Positions 23,063 to 32,824 of a stretch of 64,000 nucleotides of DNA are shown in pieces; positions within the stretch are counted from its first letter, which is position 1, and each line of letters starts with the position of its first letter. The position numbers and the translations under genes are program-made. The stretch covers positions 1,088,356 through 1,152,355 of the forward strand of contig CAWCBL010000004.1 of NCBI GenBank assembly GCA_963793855.1, read 5' to 3'. This DNA comes from an uncultured beta proteobacterium (GTDB taxonomy: Bacteria > Pseudomonadota > Gammaproteobacteria > Burkholderiales > Burkholderiaceae_C). Below the pieces are notes generated by a model, which saw only the letters and a program-made list of their open reading frames with translations, was not told where the DNA came from and did no database searches.

Positions 23063-23386
23063 CTAAAACTGGTCCGGCAAATCGGCATCCGTAGCCGTTT
23101 TTTTCTGTTCAAAGAATGGATCGGGACGGTTCTTTTGGCTCACCTGCCATAGCGCCTGATCAGGAGGCTTGGTGCTGCTGTAGGTGGCGGTGCTCATGGT
23201 CACCTGCTCGGGCAATATTTGCAGCCACTCAAACAGGGTCAGCAGCACTGCCACGATGGCCAGAAAGACCACGACGCTCAATGCCACGGTGTGGCTGCTG
23301 AGGCTTGATACCAAGCGGGAGCGTTCAAACCAGTCATGCGTCCGTAAATGAGGATGATGTGCGTTGGCCATGATTTTTCCTTTCAT
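23063..23386 (-). CDS. Small hypothetical single-pass membrane protein
   Basis: One hydrophobic helix (VALSVVVFLAIVAVLLTLF); GGAAAA RBS-like context; start may be the second Met at 23371. Confidence 0.5.
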   Translation of the reverse strand: MKGKIMANAHHPHLRTHDWFERSRLVSSLSSHTVALSVVVFLAIVAVLLTLFEWLQILPEQVTMSTATYSSTKPPDQALWQVSQKNRPDPFFEQKKTATDADLPDQF

Positions 23387-23912
23387 GAAAAATCAGGATT
23401 CAAGCCCCACTGGACTGCATGAGCATCAAAAAGAGAGGCCAGGATCCAGAAGAAAAAGCGTAGTCCGGCTGCGTTAGAAATCACACTGCGGATTGTTGAT
23501 TTTTGATACGGTCTGAAACCGGTTCAGGCCCTGCCAGAGTCCCTTGCCTGTGGGTTCGTCCGGGTGCGGTCAGGGATTGATGCCGATGTACGGTCTTCTG
23601 CGGTCGAATTTTTGGCGAAAAAGAGGGTGCCGACACCGGAGCATGCGGATGAGTACTCTTTATTTGATAGCTGCCGGCGATTGATCCATAAGTGCTAGAG
23701 GCTGATTTTGTATCTTGAAAATGATTTTTCCATGCCGTAAGCGGCATGCTGGTATGCCGGCACCTTTTGCCACGCGACCAGTTACCTCGATTAACCGATG
23801 TTTCTGGAATGTGCCTACGGATGGCAAGGCTGCTCAAGGAGGTAAGCTGCAACCCTATTTTTGCAAAGCAATTGCTTGTTATAAATAGGCGATTTTGTTA
23901 TGGTTGGTCCCC

Positions 23913-24605
23913 ATGGAAATCTTCCCAAAGCGCAAACCCGCTGCCTTTGCCACGCCTGCAAGCGGATTGCCCGTCGCTGAAAAACGGCCGCGCGGCCGGC
24001 CCCGCAAATCCGCTGATGAGCGCGATGATGGCAACCGGCGTGTCGAGTTGCTCAATGCCGCCGCCCAGCTGTTTCGCACAAAGGGTTTTGACGCCACCAG
24101 TACGCGCGATATTGCCGCTGCCGTCGGGATGCACAGCGGTTCGCCTTTTTATCACTTCAAAAGCAAAAACGCCTTGCTGTATGCAGTGATGGAGGAAGGA
24201 ATGCGCTCGGCCCTTGCACGGCAGCGCGCGGCGCTGCAGGCCGCTGCAAGCCCTGCGGCCGACGCTCCGGCGCTGCTACGCGTGCTGGTGCGCAGCCACT
24301 TTGAAGTGCTGCTCGGGCCGGGCAGTGATTTCATTCCGGTGATGCTTTATGAATCGCGCTCGCTCACGCCGGAGCAGCGCGCATTGCTGGCCCAGCTGCA
24401 AAGCGATTACGAGGCGGTCTGGGAGCCGGTGCTGCAGGCCCTGAGCGCCGCTGGCCTGCTGCATGGTCCCGTGAGGCTGGCACGCCTGCTGATCCTGGGG
24501 GCGCTCAACTGGTCCGTGAAATGGTTTGATGCCCGCAAGGACGCTGACCTCGACGACTTGACCAACGCGGCCATGGCGCTTTTTTTACAGGCGCCGTCGC
24601 CCTGA
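23913..24605 (+). CDS. TetR/AcrR family regulator
   Basis: KGFDATSTRDIAAAVGMHSGSPFYHFKSK HTH; LGALNWSVKWF. Confidence 0.9.
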   Translation: MEIFPKRKPAAFATPASGLPVAEKRPRGRPRKSADERDDGNRRVELLNAAAQLFRTKGFDATSTRDIAAAVGMHSGSPFYHFKSKNALLYAVMEEGMRSALARQRAALQAAASPAADAPALLRVLVRSHFEVLLGPGSDFIPVMLYESRSLTPEQRALLAQLQSDYEAVWEPVLQALSAAGLLHGPVRLARLLILGALNWSVKWFDARKDADLDDLTNAAMALFLQAPSP

Positions 24606-24638
24606 GGTCTTAACCCCCGCTGCTTCACAATCAAACCC

Positions 24639-25139
24639 ATGATAAAAAATCTGAGCCACTCTGCATCCCCAGTACCCGCACCAGAATTCGAGGAAGAGTT
24701 CGTCACAGGCCTGAAAACCATCTTCGAAGAAAAAATTGTCTTCAATCAATTGCTCGGTCTGAAGATCACCTCGCTCAGGGCCGAGCGGGTCACGGCGCGC
24801 ATCGACATGCGGCACGAGCTCATAGGCCATCCCGCCTATAACCGGCTCCATGGCGGCGTCATCAGTGCCGGGCTGGACGCCATGGGCGGACTGGCGGTGA
24901 TGGCGGCCATTGGCGCGCGTCACATGAATGAAACCCCCGAGCAGCGGCTGAGCCGCTTTTACAAGCTGGGCACGATTGACCTGCGGGTGGACTATTTGCG
25001 ACCGGGGATCGGCGAGCACTTCGAGCTGCGTGCTGAAGTATTGCGGCTCGGCTCCCGCGTGGCGAGCACGCGCATGGAGTTCCTGGGGGCGGACGGCAAG
25101 CTCTTTTCGACGGCTGCTGCGGCTTACATCGTTTCCTGA
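24639..25139 (+). CDS. PaaI-like hotdog thioesterase
   Basis: LHGGVISAGLDAMGG, TIDLRVDYLRPG. Confidence 0.88.
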   Translation: MIKNLSHSASPVPAPEFEEEFVTGLKTIFEEKIVFNQLLGLKITSLRAERVTARIDMRHELIGHPAYNRLHGGVISAGLDAMGGLAVMAAIGARHMNETPEQRLSRFYKLGTIDLRVDYLRPGIGEHFELRAEVLRLGSRVASTRMEFLGADGKLFSTAAAAYIVS

Positions 25140-25142
25140 TTT

Positions 25143-26429
25143 TCAGGGCTGCACGCCCGGCGCGGCAGCGCAGCCGGTGCACTCGTTCACGGCTATCACG
25201 CGCGCCTGGTGAATCCGCTCGCCAATCTGCTTCCCGCTCTGTCCGGCAGCCTGCGCATCTTCCGCCACCAGGTGGGTCGCTACGGACTGGGCGGCGGCCA
25301 GGGCCTGCAGCAGCCGTGGGCGCTGGGGGTAGGGCGAGTCTTCAAACCCGAGCCGGCCCCGCGCATCGCATTCGCAGGCCAGCAAAATGTCGGCAAAGCG
25401 CTGCGGCTTGCGAAACGCATCGCAGCGCTCCAGCAGGCGCACCACGGCGGCTGCGCCGAGGTCGCTGCTGCGGTGAATGTTGCCGTGCTCACGCGCCACC
25501 ACGTCGGCGATTTCGCGGCACTCAATGGGTACGCGAAAGCGCTCGCACACATCCTTGAGCAGGCGCGCACTGCGCTCCTCGTGGCCGATGTGGCGGGGCA
25601 GCATGTCGGCAGGGGTCGTGCCTTTGCCCAGGTCGTGACACAGGCAGGCAAAGCGAACGGGCAGAGGCGCCTGCAGTTGCGCCGCCATGGCCAGCACCAT
25701 CATCAGGTGGACGCCGGTGTCCACCTCGGGGTGGTATTCGCTGCGCTGGGGCACGCCCCAGAGCCTGGCGACTTCAGGCAGCAGCTTTTGCAGGGCACCG
25801 CATTCGCGCAGCACTTGCAGCATGCGCGAGGGCTGCTCTTCCATCAGGCCGCGCGCCAGTTCCTGCCAGACGCGCTCGGCCACCAGCGCATCGACTTCGC
25901 CATGCGCCACCATGTCCCGCATCATCGCCAGCGTTTCGGGTGCGACCGAAAAATCAGCAAACCGCGCCGCAAACCGGGCCAGTCGCAGGATGCGAACCGG
26001 GTCTTCGCGAAACGCATCCGTGACATGGCGCAGGACCTTGTGCCGCAAGTCCTGCCGGCCGCCGTAAGGATCAATCAAGGCCTCAAAATCGGGCTCAAAT
26101 GTGTCTTTGGCGCTTTCAGGATGAGCGGGGGCTGCTATTGAATTAATAGTAAGGTCGCGCCGCGCCAGATCCTGTTCCAGTGTGACGTCGGGCGTCGCAA
26201 ACACCTCAAAGCCGCGATAGCCGCGTGCGGTGTTTCGTTCGGTGCGCGCCAGCGCATACTCTTCGCGGGTATGCGGATGCAGAAATACCGGAAAGTCCCT
26301 GCCCACCGGCAGGAAGCCCTGGTCCATCATTTCCTTGGGCGTCGCGCCCACCACCACCCAGTCATGGTCCTGCACGGGCAGGCCCAGCAACTTGTCACGC
26401 ACCGCACCACCGACCATGTAAATTTCCAT
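25143..26429 (-). CDS. cca: Multifunctional CCA-adding enzyme
   Basis: VGGAVRDKLL, DHDWVV, DLARRDLTIN, EDPVRILR, HD-domain LCHDLGKG. Confidence 0.96.
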   Translation of the reverse strand: MEIYMVGGAVRDKLLGLPVQDHDWVVVGATPKEMMDQGFLPVGRDFPVFLHPHTREEYALARTERNTARGYRGFEVFATPDVTLEQDLARRDLTINSIAAPAHPESAKDTFEPDFEALIDPYGGRQDLRHKVLRHVTDAFREDPVRILRLARFAARFADFSVAPETLAMMRDMVAHGEVDALVAERVWQELARGLMEEQPSRMLQVLRECGALQKLLPEVARLWGVPQRSEYHPEVDTGVHLMMVLAMAAQLQAPLPVRFACLCHDLGKGTTPADMLPRHIGHEERSARLLKDVCERFRVPIECREIADVVAREHGNIHRSSDLGAAAVVRLLERCDAFRKPQRFADILLACECDARGRLGFEDSPYPQRPRLLQALAAAQSVATHLVAEDAQAAGQSGKQIGERIHQARVIAVNECTGCAAAPGVQP

Positions 26430-26484
26430 GGTGGCAGTTTAGCGGCTCAAGGCAGCGCCGATGCAGCGTCGTCCGGGGCGAAAA

Positions 26485-26790
26485 TCAGGAAAACACGGGG
26501 CGGAAAAAGCTGCGCTCGTAGCTGATGATGCAACGGGTGTCTTCCGCGTATTTGAAGGCGGCCTGGCAGTCCGGGTCTTCGAAGGACCGCTGACGATAGC
26601 CTTCATAGGTCGCGAGGCTGTCAAAGGTAAACAGCGCCAGCGCGATGTTGTTGGCCCCTTCGCTGGGCAGGAAATAGCCGTGGTGCCTGCCGCCGAATTT
26701 TTCGACAAGTGGAATCCACATTTTTCCGTAGTGCTCAAATTCCTTGAGTTTGCTGGCATCGAGCACGTAGCGAAGGTAAATGGTGACCAT
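26485..26790 (-). CDS. NIPSNAP family protein
   Basis: HHGYFLPSEGANNIALALFTFDSLATYEGY, YERSFFRP; ATG 26790 chosen. Confidence 0.8.
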   Translation of the reverse strand: MVTIYLRYVLDASKLKEFEHYGKMWIPLVEKFGGRHHGYFLPSEGANNIALALFTFDSLATYEGYRQRSFEDPDCQAAFKYAEDTRCIISYERSFFRPVFS

Positions 26791-26812
26791 GAGGCGGCTT
26801 GCTTTCTGCGGG

Positions 26813-27499
26813 TTAGCGTTTGATTCGGTAAGGCTCTTCAAACTCGCGGAAATCGTTTTCCGCCAGCGCGCCATCTATCCAGGCCTTGACCCCGGGCAGG
26901 GCGCTCAGGCGCTCCATGTAGGCGCTGATGTCGGATGGCACCGGCAGGGCATAGCTTTTCAGCCGCATGCACACAGGCGCATAAAAGGCGTCGGCAATGC
27001 TGACCTCGCCAAACAGCATTGGCCCCTTGTGTTCTGCCAGCAATTCGCGCCACATGGCAATCAGGCGCGCTACATCAGCGCGCACGGCGGGCCTGTCGCG
27101 CCAGATCAGCTGGCCCGTTTCATGCAGGTCGGCTTCAATGTTCATGGGGCAGGCTGCGCGCAATGCGCCAAAGCCGCTGTGCATTTCTGCGCAGACACTG
27201 CGCGCCCGGGCTCTGGCCTGAACGCTTTGCGGCCAGAGGTTTATTTCAGGGAAACGCTCGGCTGCATACTCTGCAATCGCCAGCGTGTCCCACACCAGCA
27301 GGCCGTCGTCGTCCAGCACCGGCACCTTGCCTGCAGGGTTGACGCGGCTGACTTTCTTCCTGAACTCCGAGGCGACATCGAAAGAGTCAAATCGGATGCT
27401 GACTTCTTCGAAAGGAATGCCCGCCTGCTTGAGCAGCACCCACGGCCGCATGGACCAGGATGAGTAGTTTTTATTGCCGATATATAAGATAAGAGCCAA
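26813..27499 (-). CDS. Glutathione S-transferase with island-supplied N-terminus (TTG start)
   Basis: YIGNKNYSSWSMRPW, GKVPVL, WDTLAIAEY, SIADAFYAP; codons 1-5 (MALIL) lie inside the island end; GGAG 9 nt upstream. Confidence 0.88.
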   Translation of the reverse strand: MALILYIGNKNYSSWSMRPWVLLKQAGIPFEEVSIRFDSFDVASEFRKKVSRVNPAGKVPVLDDDGLLVWDTLAIAEYAAERFPEINLWPQSVQARARARSVCAEMHSGFGALRAACPMNIEADLHETGQLIWRDRPAVRADVARLIAMWRELLAEHKGPMLFGEVSIADAFYAPVCMRLKSYALPVPSDISAYMERLSALPGVKAWIDGALAENDFREFEEPYRIKR

Positions 27500-27550
27500 T
27501 TTATGTCACTCCAAAAAGAGTAGCTTACTGTACTGATTGCTGATAAGGTT

Positions 27551-28918
27551 GTGAAATTACAACCCATGCCACACAACCTTTTTATCCCCAAAGCTTCTAC
27601 GTTAGACGTAGAGGGCTATGGCGCAGTGGGTCATGTTCCCTGCATTTACGGGCCCGGCTGGTTTCTTCAGCATGAAGCATCGGAATACCTGAGAGACAGG
27701 GCCATGCTGGCGTACCGTCCAGGAGTCTCCTCATTGACTTTCTCCGCGTACGGAAGGTATCCAACCACCAAAAGTCTTGAAACATTTGGTCGAGCCCTCG
27801 TGGATTTTTTTGACTGGTGTGAAGTCCGGGCCGTTGATTGGCGGGAAGTTGACTACACCCATCACCTCGTAAATCGATATCAATCAGAAATGTTGAAGGG
27901 GGCTTGGTCCGCATCCGGAAGGCCGCTTGCGCCACGAACAATTAACGCAAGAGTTCAGGAGAGCTGTAACTACCTGACATGGTGCGCCCAGAAGGGTTAC
28001 CGCCGTCCCTTTTCGTTTTTGACCGCTGTTCGCCAAATAACCGTGAACTCCGCGAGTAGAACGCATGGCCAAACTCTCCATATTCAATCCCGAATAGGCC
28101 GAGTCCGGCCCGCACCCACCAACCTTAAGTTGCCGACTGATTGCCAAGTGGTGGATTGGCTCAAAGGCATCGAAATTGAGTGCGGACATACCAAGGCATT
28201 AATGTGTGAACTCATTGTCAAAACGGGTGTCCGCCGTGAGGAGGCTTGTCAGTGGCGCGTCGATACGCTTCCTTTGAGTCGCGCCAACTGGGATGTTGTG
28301 GGTAATTCTGTCACGGTCTCTGTGAAATATGGTGCCAAGGGACAGAAATACCCGGACGCTTACGGCAATTTGTACGGGCCCGAACGACACATCAGAATTT
28401 CGCTGGAGCTAGCTGAACGTATTGCGCACTATCGTGACGAGATTAGGTTTAAGTCTCGCGCCCTGTTTGCTCGTGCTGCATCCAATGCGAGTGAAAGGCT
28501 TGTTCGCTCAAGGAAGGCCGAACAGCGCCTGTTTCTTTCAGAGGCTACAGGAAAGCCCATCTCAGCCCAGGTCCTTTATATAGCATGGGTGGACTCATCA
28601 AGGCTTCCCTACCGCGGATGGTCTCCGCACTTGGGTCGTCATTATTGGGCGTGCAAGACCATGCTGGAGGCCATCGCCCAACGCGTTGAGAATGCGGGAA
28701 ATACCCCGAACCGGCTGGAGCCTACCTGGATCACAGGCATCGCCACTGACGCGCTCATGCTACTGGTGCGGCCTCAGCTGGGGCACGTGAGCCAGGAGAC
28801 GTCCAATATTTACTTGGTATGGTTAGCCAACGCATATATCAAGGCGCAAATTGATGATGACTACGCCATGATGTTGGATGATTTTCCAGGACCAGGCCGC
28901 GAGTCGCGGGACGCATAG
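27551..28918 (+). CDS. ginA: Tyrosine recombinase 1 (GinA-like)
   Basis: TGVRREE (R), PHLGRH (HxxR), QLGHVSQETSNIY (H, Y). Confidence 0.8.
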   Translation: MKLQPMPHNLFIPKASTLDVEGYGAVGHVPCIYGPGWFLQHEASEYLRDRAMLAYRPGVSSLTFSAYGRYPTTKSLETFGRALVDFFDWCEVRAVDWREVDYTHHLVNRYQSEMLKGAWSASGRPLAPRTINARVQESCNYLTWCAQKGYRRPFSFLTAVRQITVNSASRTHGQTLHIQSRIGRVRPAPTNLKLPTDCQVVDWLKGIEIECGHTKALMCELIVKTGVRREEACQWRVDTLPLSRANWDVVGNSVTVSVKYGAKGQKYPDAYGNLYGPERHIRISLELAERIAHYRDEIRFKSRALFARAASNASERLVRSRKAEQRLFLSEATGKPISAQVLYIAWVDSSRLPYRGWSPHLGRHYWACKTMLEAIAQRVENAGNTPNRLEPTWITGIATDALMLLVRPQLGHVSQETSNIYLVWLANAYIKAQIDDDYAMMLDDFPGPGRESRDA

Positions 28919-30759
28919 TGGTCGAACCGTCACGAAAGTCCCGCAAAGGACTGCATGCTCCCGATCTGGCTTTGGTTTCAAATACGTCCGCAGCATCACG
29001 AGATCCGCTTGTTTTTATGGGTAGCCACCTCACTCGCCCCGGATTCTGTGATTTGCGAGAGTTTGCTACGGGCGTCGAAGGATATCCGCTAGATGAGCCT
29101 TCGGCCTTGTGCAGGAAGTCGAACCATCCACAATGGGGCGGAGATTACTCAGGCAGGCCGCAGCTGATCCTGGAAATGGCGCCCTATATTCAAGCGCGCT
29201 ATGAAAGCAAAACGGCCGTAGTAATCAGCAATGTGATAAGCGCGTTAAGATTTTTTTGGCGCTTTCTGGACCGGCTTGATGCTTCTTATCCACTGTCGCC
29301 AGTCTTGAGCGTTGCAGGCTTGAGCCCGGCCCATGCTGCGGCTCTCGTTCGGATGGGTTGGTCTGACCTGCGATCAAGAGTGGTTTTCAGGCTTCTGAAC
29401 TGGACGCGTGCGGGAACGGGTTTGCCGCCGCTCCATATGAAATTCCCGGACCGTGTGGGAAAGCTTCAAAAAACCGTACCTCACGAACACATCAAAGCGA
29501 TAAATACGATCCTTAAGCATCGCGTGTACAGGATCCTCGATTCTTGGGCCAGCAACCCCGCGGAGACCCCCTCCCTGCGGCAAATCCAGCAAGTCGCATA
29601 CCTCTTCCTGCTCAGGAGTGGATGGAATGCATCCACCTTGGTTTCCATGGATCGTGAAGATTGCTTCCGGGCGCATCCCAGTATTGAAGGTCGGCATATT
29701 GTGTATGCACTCAAAACCCGTGCGGGCAAGCGGGAGCAAAACACACAGGGGCTGGACAAGACCCAGATATCGCCTGGCAGCCTGTTCCAATCGGTGATTG
29801 CCCAGACACGGGGCCTGCGCGAGATCGTCAGAAGGGAGCTGGCGCTAGCCCAAGAGGCCCTTGCGCGGTCCCCACATGATGTGAAGATCCTCGCGGAAGC
29901 CGGAAGGCTGCGGGAGGCACTGCGCAGTCCATGGCTTTACAAGCCCACCAAGTTTGGCCCGAAGTCAACGATGCGGACTGTCAGGGCTCTTGACGCTGGA
30001 AGTATGGACCAACGGGTCTATACCCCTGAAGGGATGGTGACGCCGCTGTTTGAGATCATCCAGCTGGCCAATAAAAATCGGTCAGAGGGCAAACGCATTT
30101 CCGAGCAGCTGACGCTCTCCGACATGCGCGATGTATTCATCGCATATGCTTATGAAAACAGTGGTCATAACTGGTTCATTGCCCAGATTGCCGCAGGCCA
30201 CGCGAGTCCGAACTCTACAGTGACTTATCTGCGTAGCCGGGCGTTTAAAAACTACGGCGAGCAACAAGTTCGTCGGCTTACAGACTCCATTTGGACAGAA
30301 ATCGGAGAGCGCCGAACGCTGGATCTGCCGATTTTGTACCGGCTCGTCAATGTCGGTGAAGTCAAGCCCGAAGAACGAGAGCGCTGGGATATCCACAAAA
30401 GGACCATCGTTGGCACCGGATGCGCCGAGCCTACCAAGCCGCCGCCTTTCCTTGCTCCTGACCATATAGATGGGCAGGTCTGCCGCGTCCAGCGCTGCGT
30501 GTTGTGCCCTCATGCCCGCATTTTTTCCGACTCCCTGGATCCGCTGGCCCGGCGGTATGCCGAACTTCAGCATTTAAAGACATTTTTGCCGTTGATGACC
30601 TGGACGCAATCCTTGTTCGCTGACGAATTCGAGACGCTGAAAATCATTCTGGGTAACTTTGCTCCAGAGCAACTGGCAGCGCGCCAGACGTTCTGGTTGA
30701 AAGAGATTTCCGAGAAGCGGCATTTTCCGCTGGATATGACGGGATCCTATGTCAGTTAG
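28918..30759 (+). CDS. ginB: Degenerate tyrosine recombinase 2 (GinB-like)
   Basis: RSGWNAST, SDMRD in place of HxxR, AGHASPNSTVTY; C-terminal Cys cluster; TAGTG overlap with gene 1. Confidence 0.7.
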   Translation: MVEPSRKSRKGLHAPDLALVSNTSAASRDPLVFMGSHLTRPGFCDLREFATGVEGYPLDEPSALCRKSNHPQWGGDYSGRPQLILEMAPYIQARYESKTAVVISNVISALRFFWRFLDRLDASYPLSPVLSVAGLSPAHAAALVRMGWSDLRSRVVFRLLNWTRAGTGLPPLHMKFPDRVGKLQKTVPHEHIKAINTILKHRVYRILDSWASNPAETPSLRQIQQVAYLFLLRSGWNASTLVSMDREDCFRAHPSIEGRHIVYALKTRAGKREQNTQGLDKTQISPGSLFQSVIAQTRGLREIVRRELALAQEALARSPHDVKILAEAGRLREALRSPWLYKPTKFGPKSTMRTVRALDAGSMDQRVYTPEGMVTPLFEIIQLANKNRSEGKRISEQLTLSDMRDVFIAYAYENSGHNWFIAQIAAGHASPNSTVTYLRSRAFKNYGEQQVRRLTDSIWTEIGERRTLDLPILYRLVNVGEVKPEERERWDIHKRTIVGTGCAEPTKPPPFLAPDHIDGQVCRVQRCVLCPHARIFSDSLDPLARRYAELQHLKTFLPLMTWTQSLFADEFETLKIILGNFAPEQLAARQTFWLKEISEKRHFPLDMTGSYVS

Positions 30760-32824
30760 AAAAGTGAATTCCCGGTCCTTAAGTGGATCGCATTGGCAAC
30801 ATTCAACGGCCAATATGGCCACTCGGGCGGGTATGCGTTTGAAGGCGCTTCAAATGATCGATTTGCAGCAGCTTCAATACAGTTCTAAGGAGACGCTCCT
30901 GGCTTGGCAAACTGATGTCGGACTGGGGTCGCAATGGGGCTGCATCGAATTTCCCCCTTCATGGATGACGCCGGCCAATCAAGCTTTTTCGTCACGTAGC
31001 CAAGATGCCGTCAGGCGGTTTGAAGGATCCACGACGAGCAAAGAAGAATTTGAACTGGCGCTGTTGACCTATACCAGATATGCCTTATTGATTTTTTTGG
31101 TCCCTTGCGGTGGAAATGCCCAAATGAGCTGTCTGCTAACGCCCGGCTCCATGATGGTCAACCTGCGTCATTTTTGCACCTTGCTGTGCTTTTGTCTGTG
31201 CAAGCCTGGGTTAGGTAGGGTGGGTCTATTGCAACGCCTGGAAGCCGCTGAGGTTCCGCAAGGCCGCTACACCTTCATTGAACTCAAGCGCATCACATTT
31301 CTCTCGCAGCAAGGCTACTGGACGGATGTGCCCAGATTCGAACCGAAGCGTGGAACGCCTGTCGCCCATTCACCAAAGATGTGGACACACCGAGATCAAT
31401 GCGAACCTTACTTGCCCTTTCCCGATGCCTTTGTGCGGGAAGCTGGTTGGCGAGTGCTCTGGATCGTTCGCGAACTTGGCCCACCTTTGCTTGCACTGAC
31501 AAGGCAACTTGCCGATATCTACCGCCGGTTCCCCCTGAGACAAGGCCGACTTGATACCTCGGTCATGGCAACCCGCATGAGACATTTTATACCGATAGCA
31601 TTGGCTTTTGATTGGAAGGGCAACTCCGGCCCCATCCATGGATTTCCGTTTGAGCACGAATTGCGCTCGAAAGGGGGGGGCGGCGATTTCCAGTGGCCAC
31701 CGCGACGACCGGGAGAAATGATGGCTTTACTGCATTTGCTGCAGGTTGCGCATTTTTTCATATTTGCCCTGTCTATTGGCGGGCGCTTGGGGGAAGTGTT
31801 GTCGTTGCAGCCCGATTGCTTGGTCGAAGGCACTCAACCCGGGGAAGCTACAGTGCAGGGCCGAACCTACAAGCTGGTCTTTGAAAACGAGGGGGAGATG
31901 CGGGACTGGCCGCTGCCCGCAGTCGGTGTGGAGGTCATCCGTCAGCAGATAGTGTTGGGCGAGTTACTGAACACCCTGCAGTCTGATAAATCGATGGTCA
32001 GCAAGCGGAGCAGCGGCTACAAATGCATATGGGTGAGCTCCAACCCCAAAAGCGCCGTACCCAGTTTTTCATGTCAGTTGCAGATGCTTGTCAGGACCCT
32101 GCGCCTTCGCCCCTGGCTTGGCGACGGTTCTCCCCATTCTCATCGTTTTCGCAAAACCATTGCCAGACTGATCGCGTTGACGATCGATGGAGGGGCGCCA
32201 AAAATCCTGATGGATCTGTTTGGGCATAAGGCCATCGAGATGAGCCTGCACTACATGTTGGCGGACAGAAAACTACAGACCGAACTGGTTGAGGTGATAC
32301 GTGCCCAGAAAATCATGCTTGCCGAGGGCATGTTGCAGACGTCAGGACATGGCGGACCTGCGGCACCGCGCATTGCTCAGGCCCTGGAGGCCGAAAAAAT
32401 GCGGATCAAGGCGCTGGGTAAGGTGTTCACCGCAGGCGACCTCACGGAGTTCGCAACGCTGCTGACAGATGGCGGCAAAGCCTGGATGCTGGTTCGACCA
32501 GGCGTGGTTTGTACCAAGTCGCAGGGGGAAGTTGGACCCTGTAATAAACGCCGCGGTACGCCCGAGCCCTCATCGTGTCAGTCGTATTGCGGCCATCGGC
32601 TAGAGGACGCGTTTCTGCGCAATGATGTCGACCTGGTGTTGGCCCGGGCGGTGGACCAGATGGAGTGCGCTGAGAAAAGTGGCCACGAATTTGAACTTGA
32701 GTTATGGCGCGGGCAGGTTCTCGCTCACCTGCCGCGATTTGATGATTTGAAATCCAAGTGGGAGATGCGGCCGTCAGTCAGCCGACTGCTTGAGCAAAAT
32801 GGCAAGGGCGTGCTCCGTGGGTAA
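30749..32824 (+). CDS. ginC: Tyrosine recombinase 3 (GinC-like)
   Basis: GGRLGE (R), HRFRKT, FGHKAIEMSLHY; C-terminal Cys cluster; overlaps gene 2. Confidence 0.75.
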   Translation: MSVRKVNSRSLSGSHWQHSTANMATRAGMRLKALQMIDLQQLQYSSKETLLAWQTDVGLGSQWGCIEFPPSWMTPANQAFSSRSQDAVRRFEGSTTSKEEFELALLTYTRYALLIFLVPCGGNAQMSCLLTPGSMMVNLRHFCTLLCFCLCKPGLGRVGLLQRLEAAEVPQGRYTFIELKRITFLSQQGYWTDVPRFEPKRGTPVAHSPKMWTHRDQCEPYLPFPDAFVREAGWRVLWIVRELGPPLLALTRQLADIYRRFPLRQGRLDTSVMATRMRHFIPIALAFDWKGNSGPIHGFPFEHELRSKGGGGDFQWPPRRPGEMMALLHLLQVAHFFIFALSIGGRLGEVLSLQPDCLVEGTQPGEATVQGRTYKLVFENEGEMRDWPLPAVGVEVIRQQIVLGELLNTLQSDKSMVSKRSSGYKCIWVSSNPKSAVPSFSCQLQMLVRTLRLRPWLGDGSPHSHRFRKTIARLIALTIDGGAPKILMDLFGHKAIEMSLHYMLADRKLQTELVEVIRAQKIMLAEGMLQTSGHGGPAAPRIAQALEAEKMRIKALGKVFTAGDLTEFATLLTDGGKAWMLVRPGVVCTKSQGEVGPCNKRRGTPEPSSCQSYCGHRLEDAFLRNDVDLVLARAVDQMECAEKSGHEFELELWRGQVLAHLPRFDDLKSKWEMRPSVSRLLEQNGKGVLRG

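Noticed and set aside
23400-23890. Possible ncRNA or riboswitch in the long intergenic region
   Set aside because: Only a copy of the dispersed repeat was recognised; an Rfam search would be needed
27440-27560. tRNA/tmRNA integration site
   Set aside because: No cloverleaf or 3' tRNA duplicate at either junction; the target is gst
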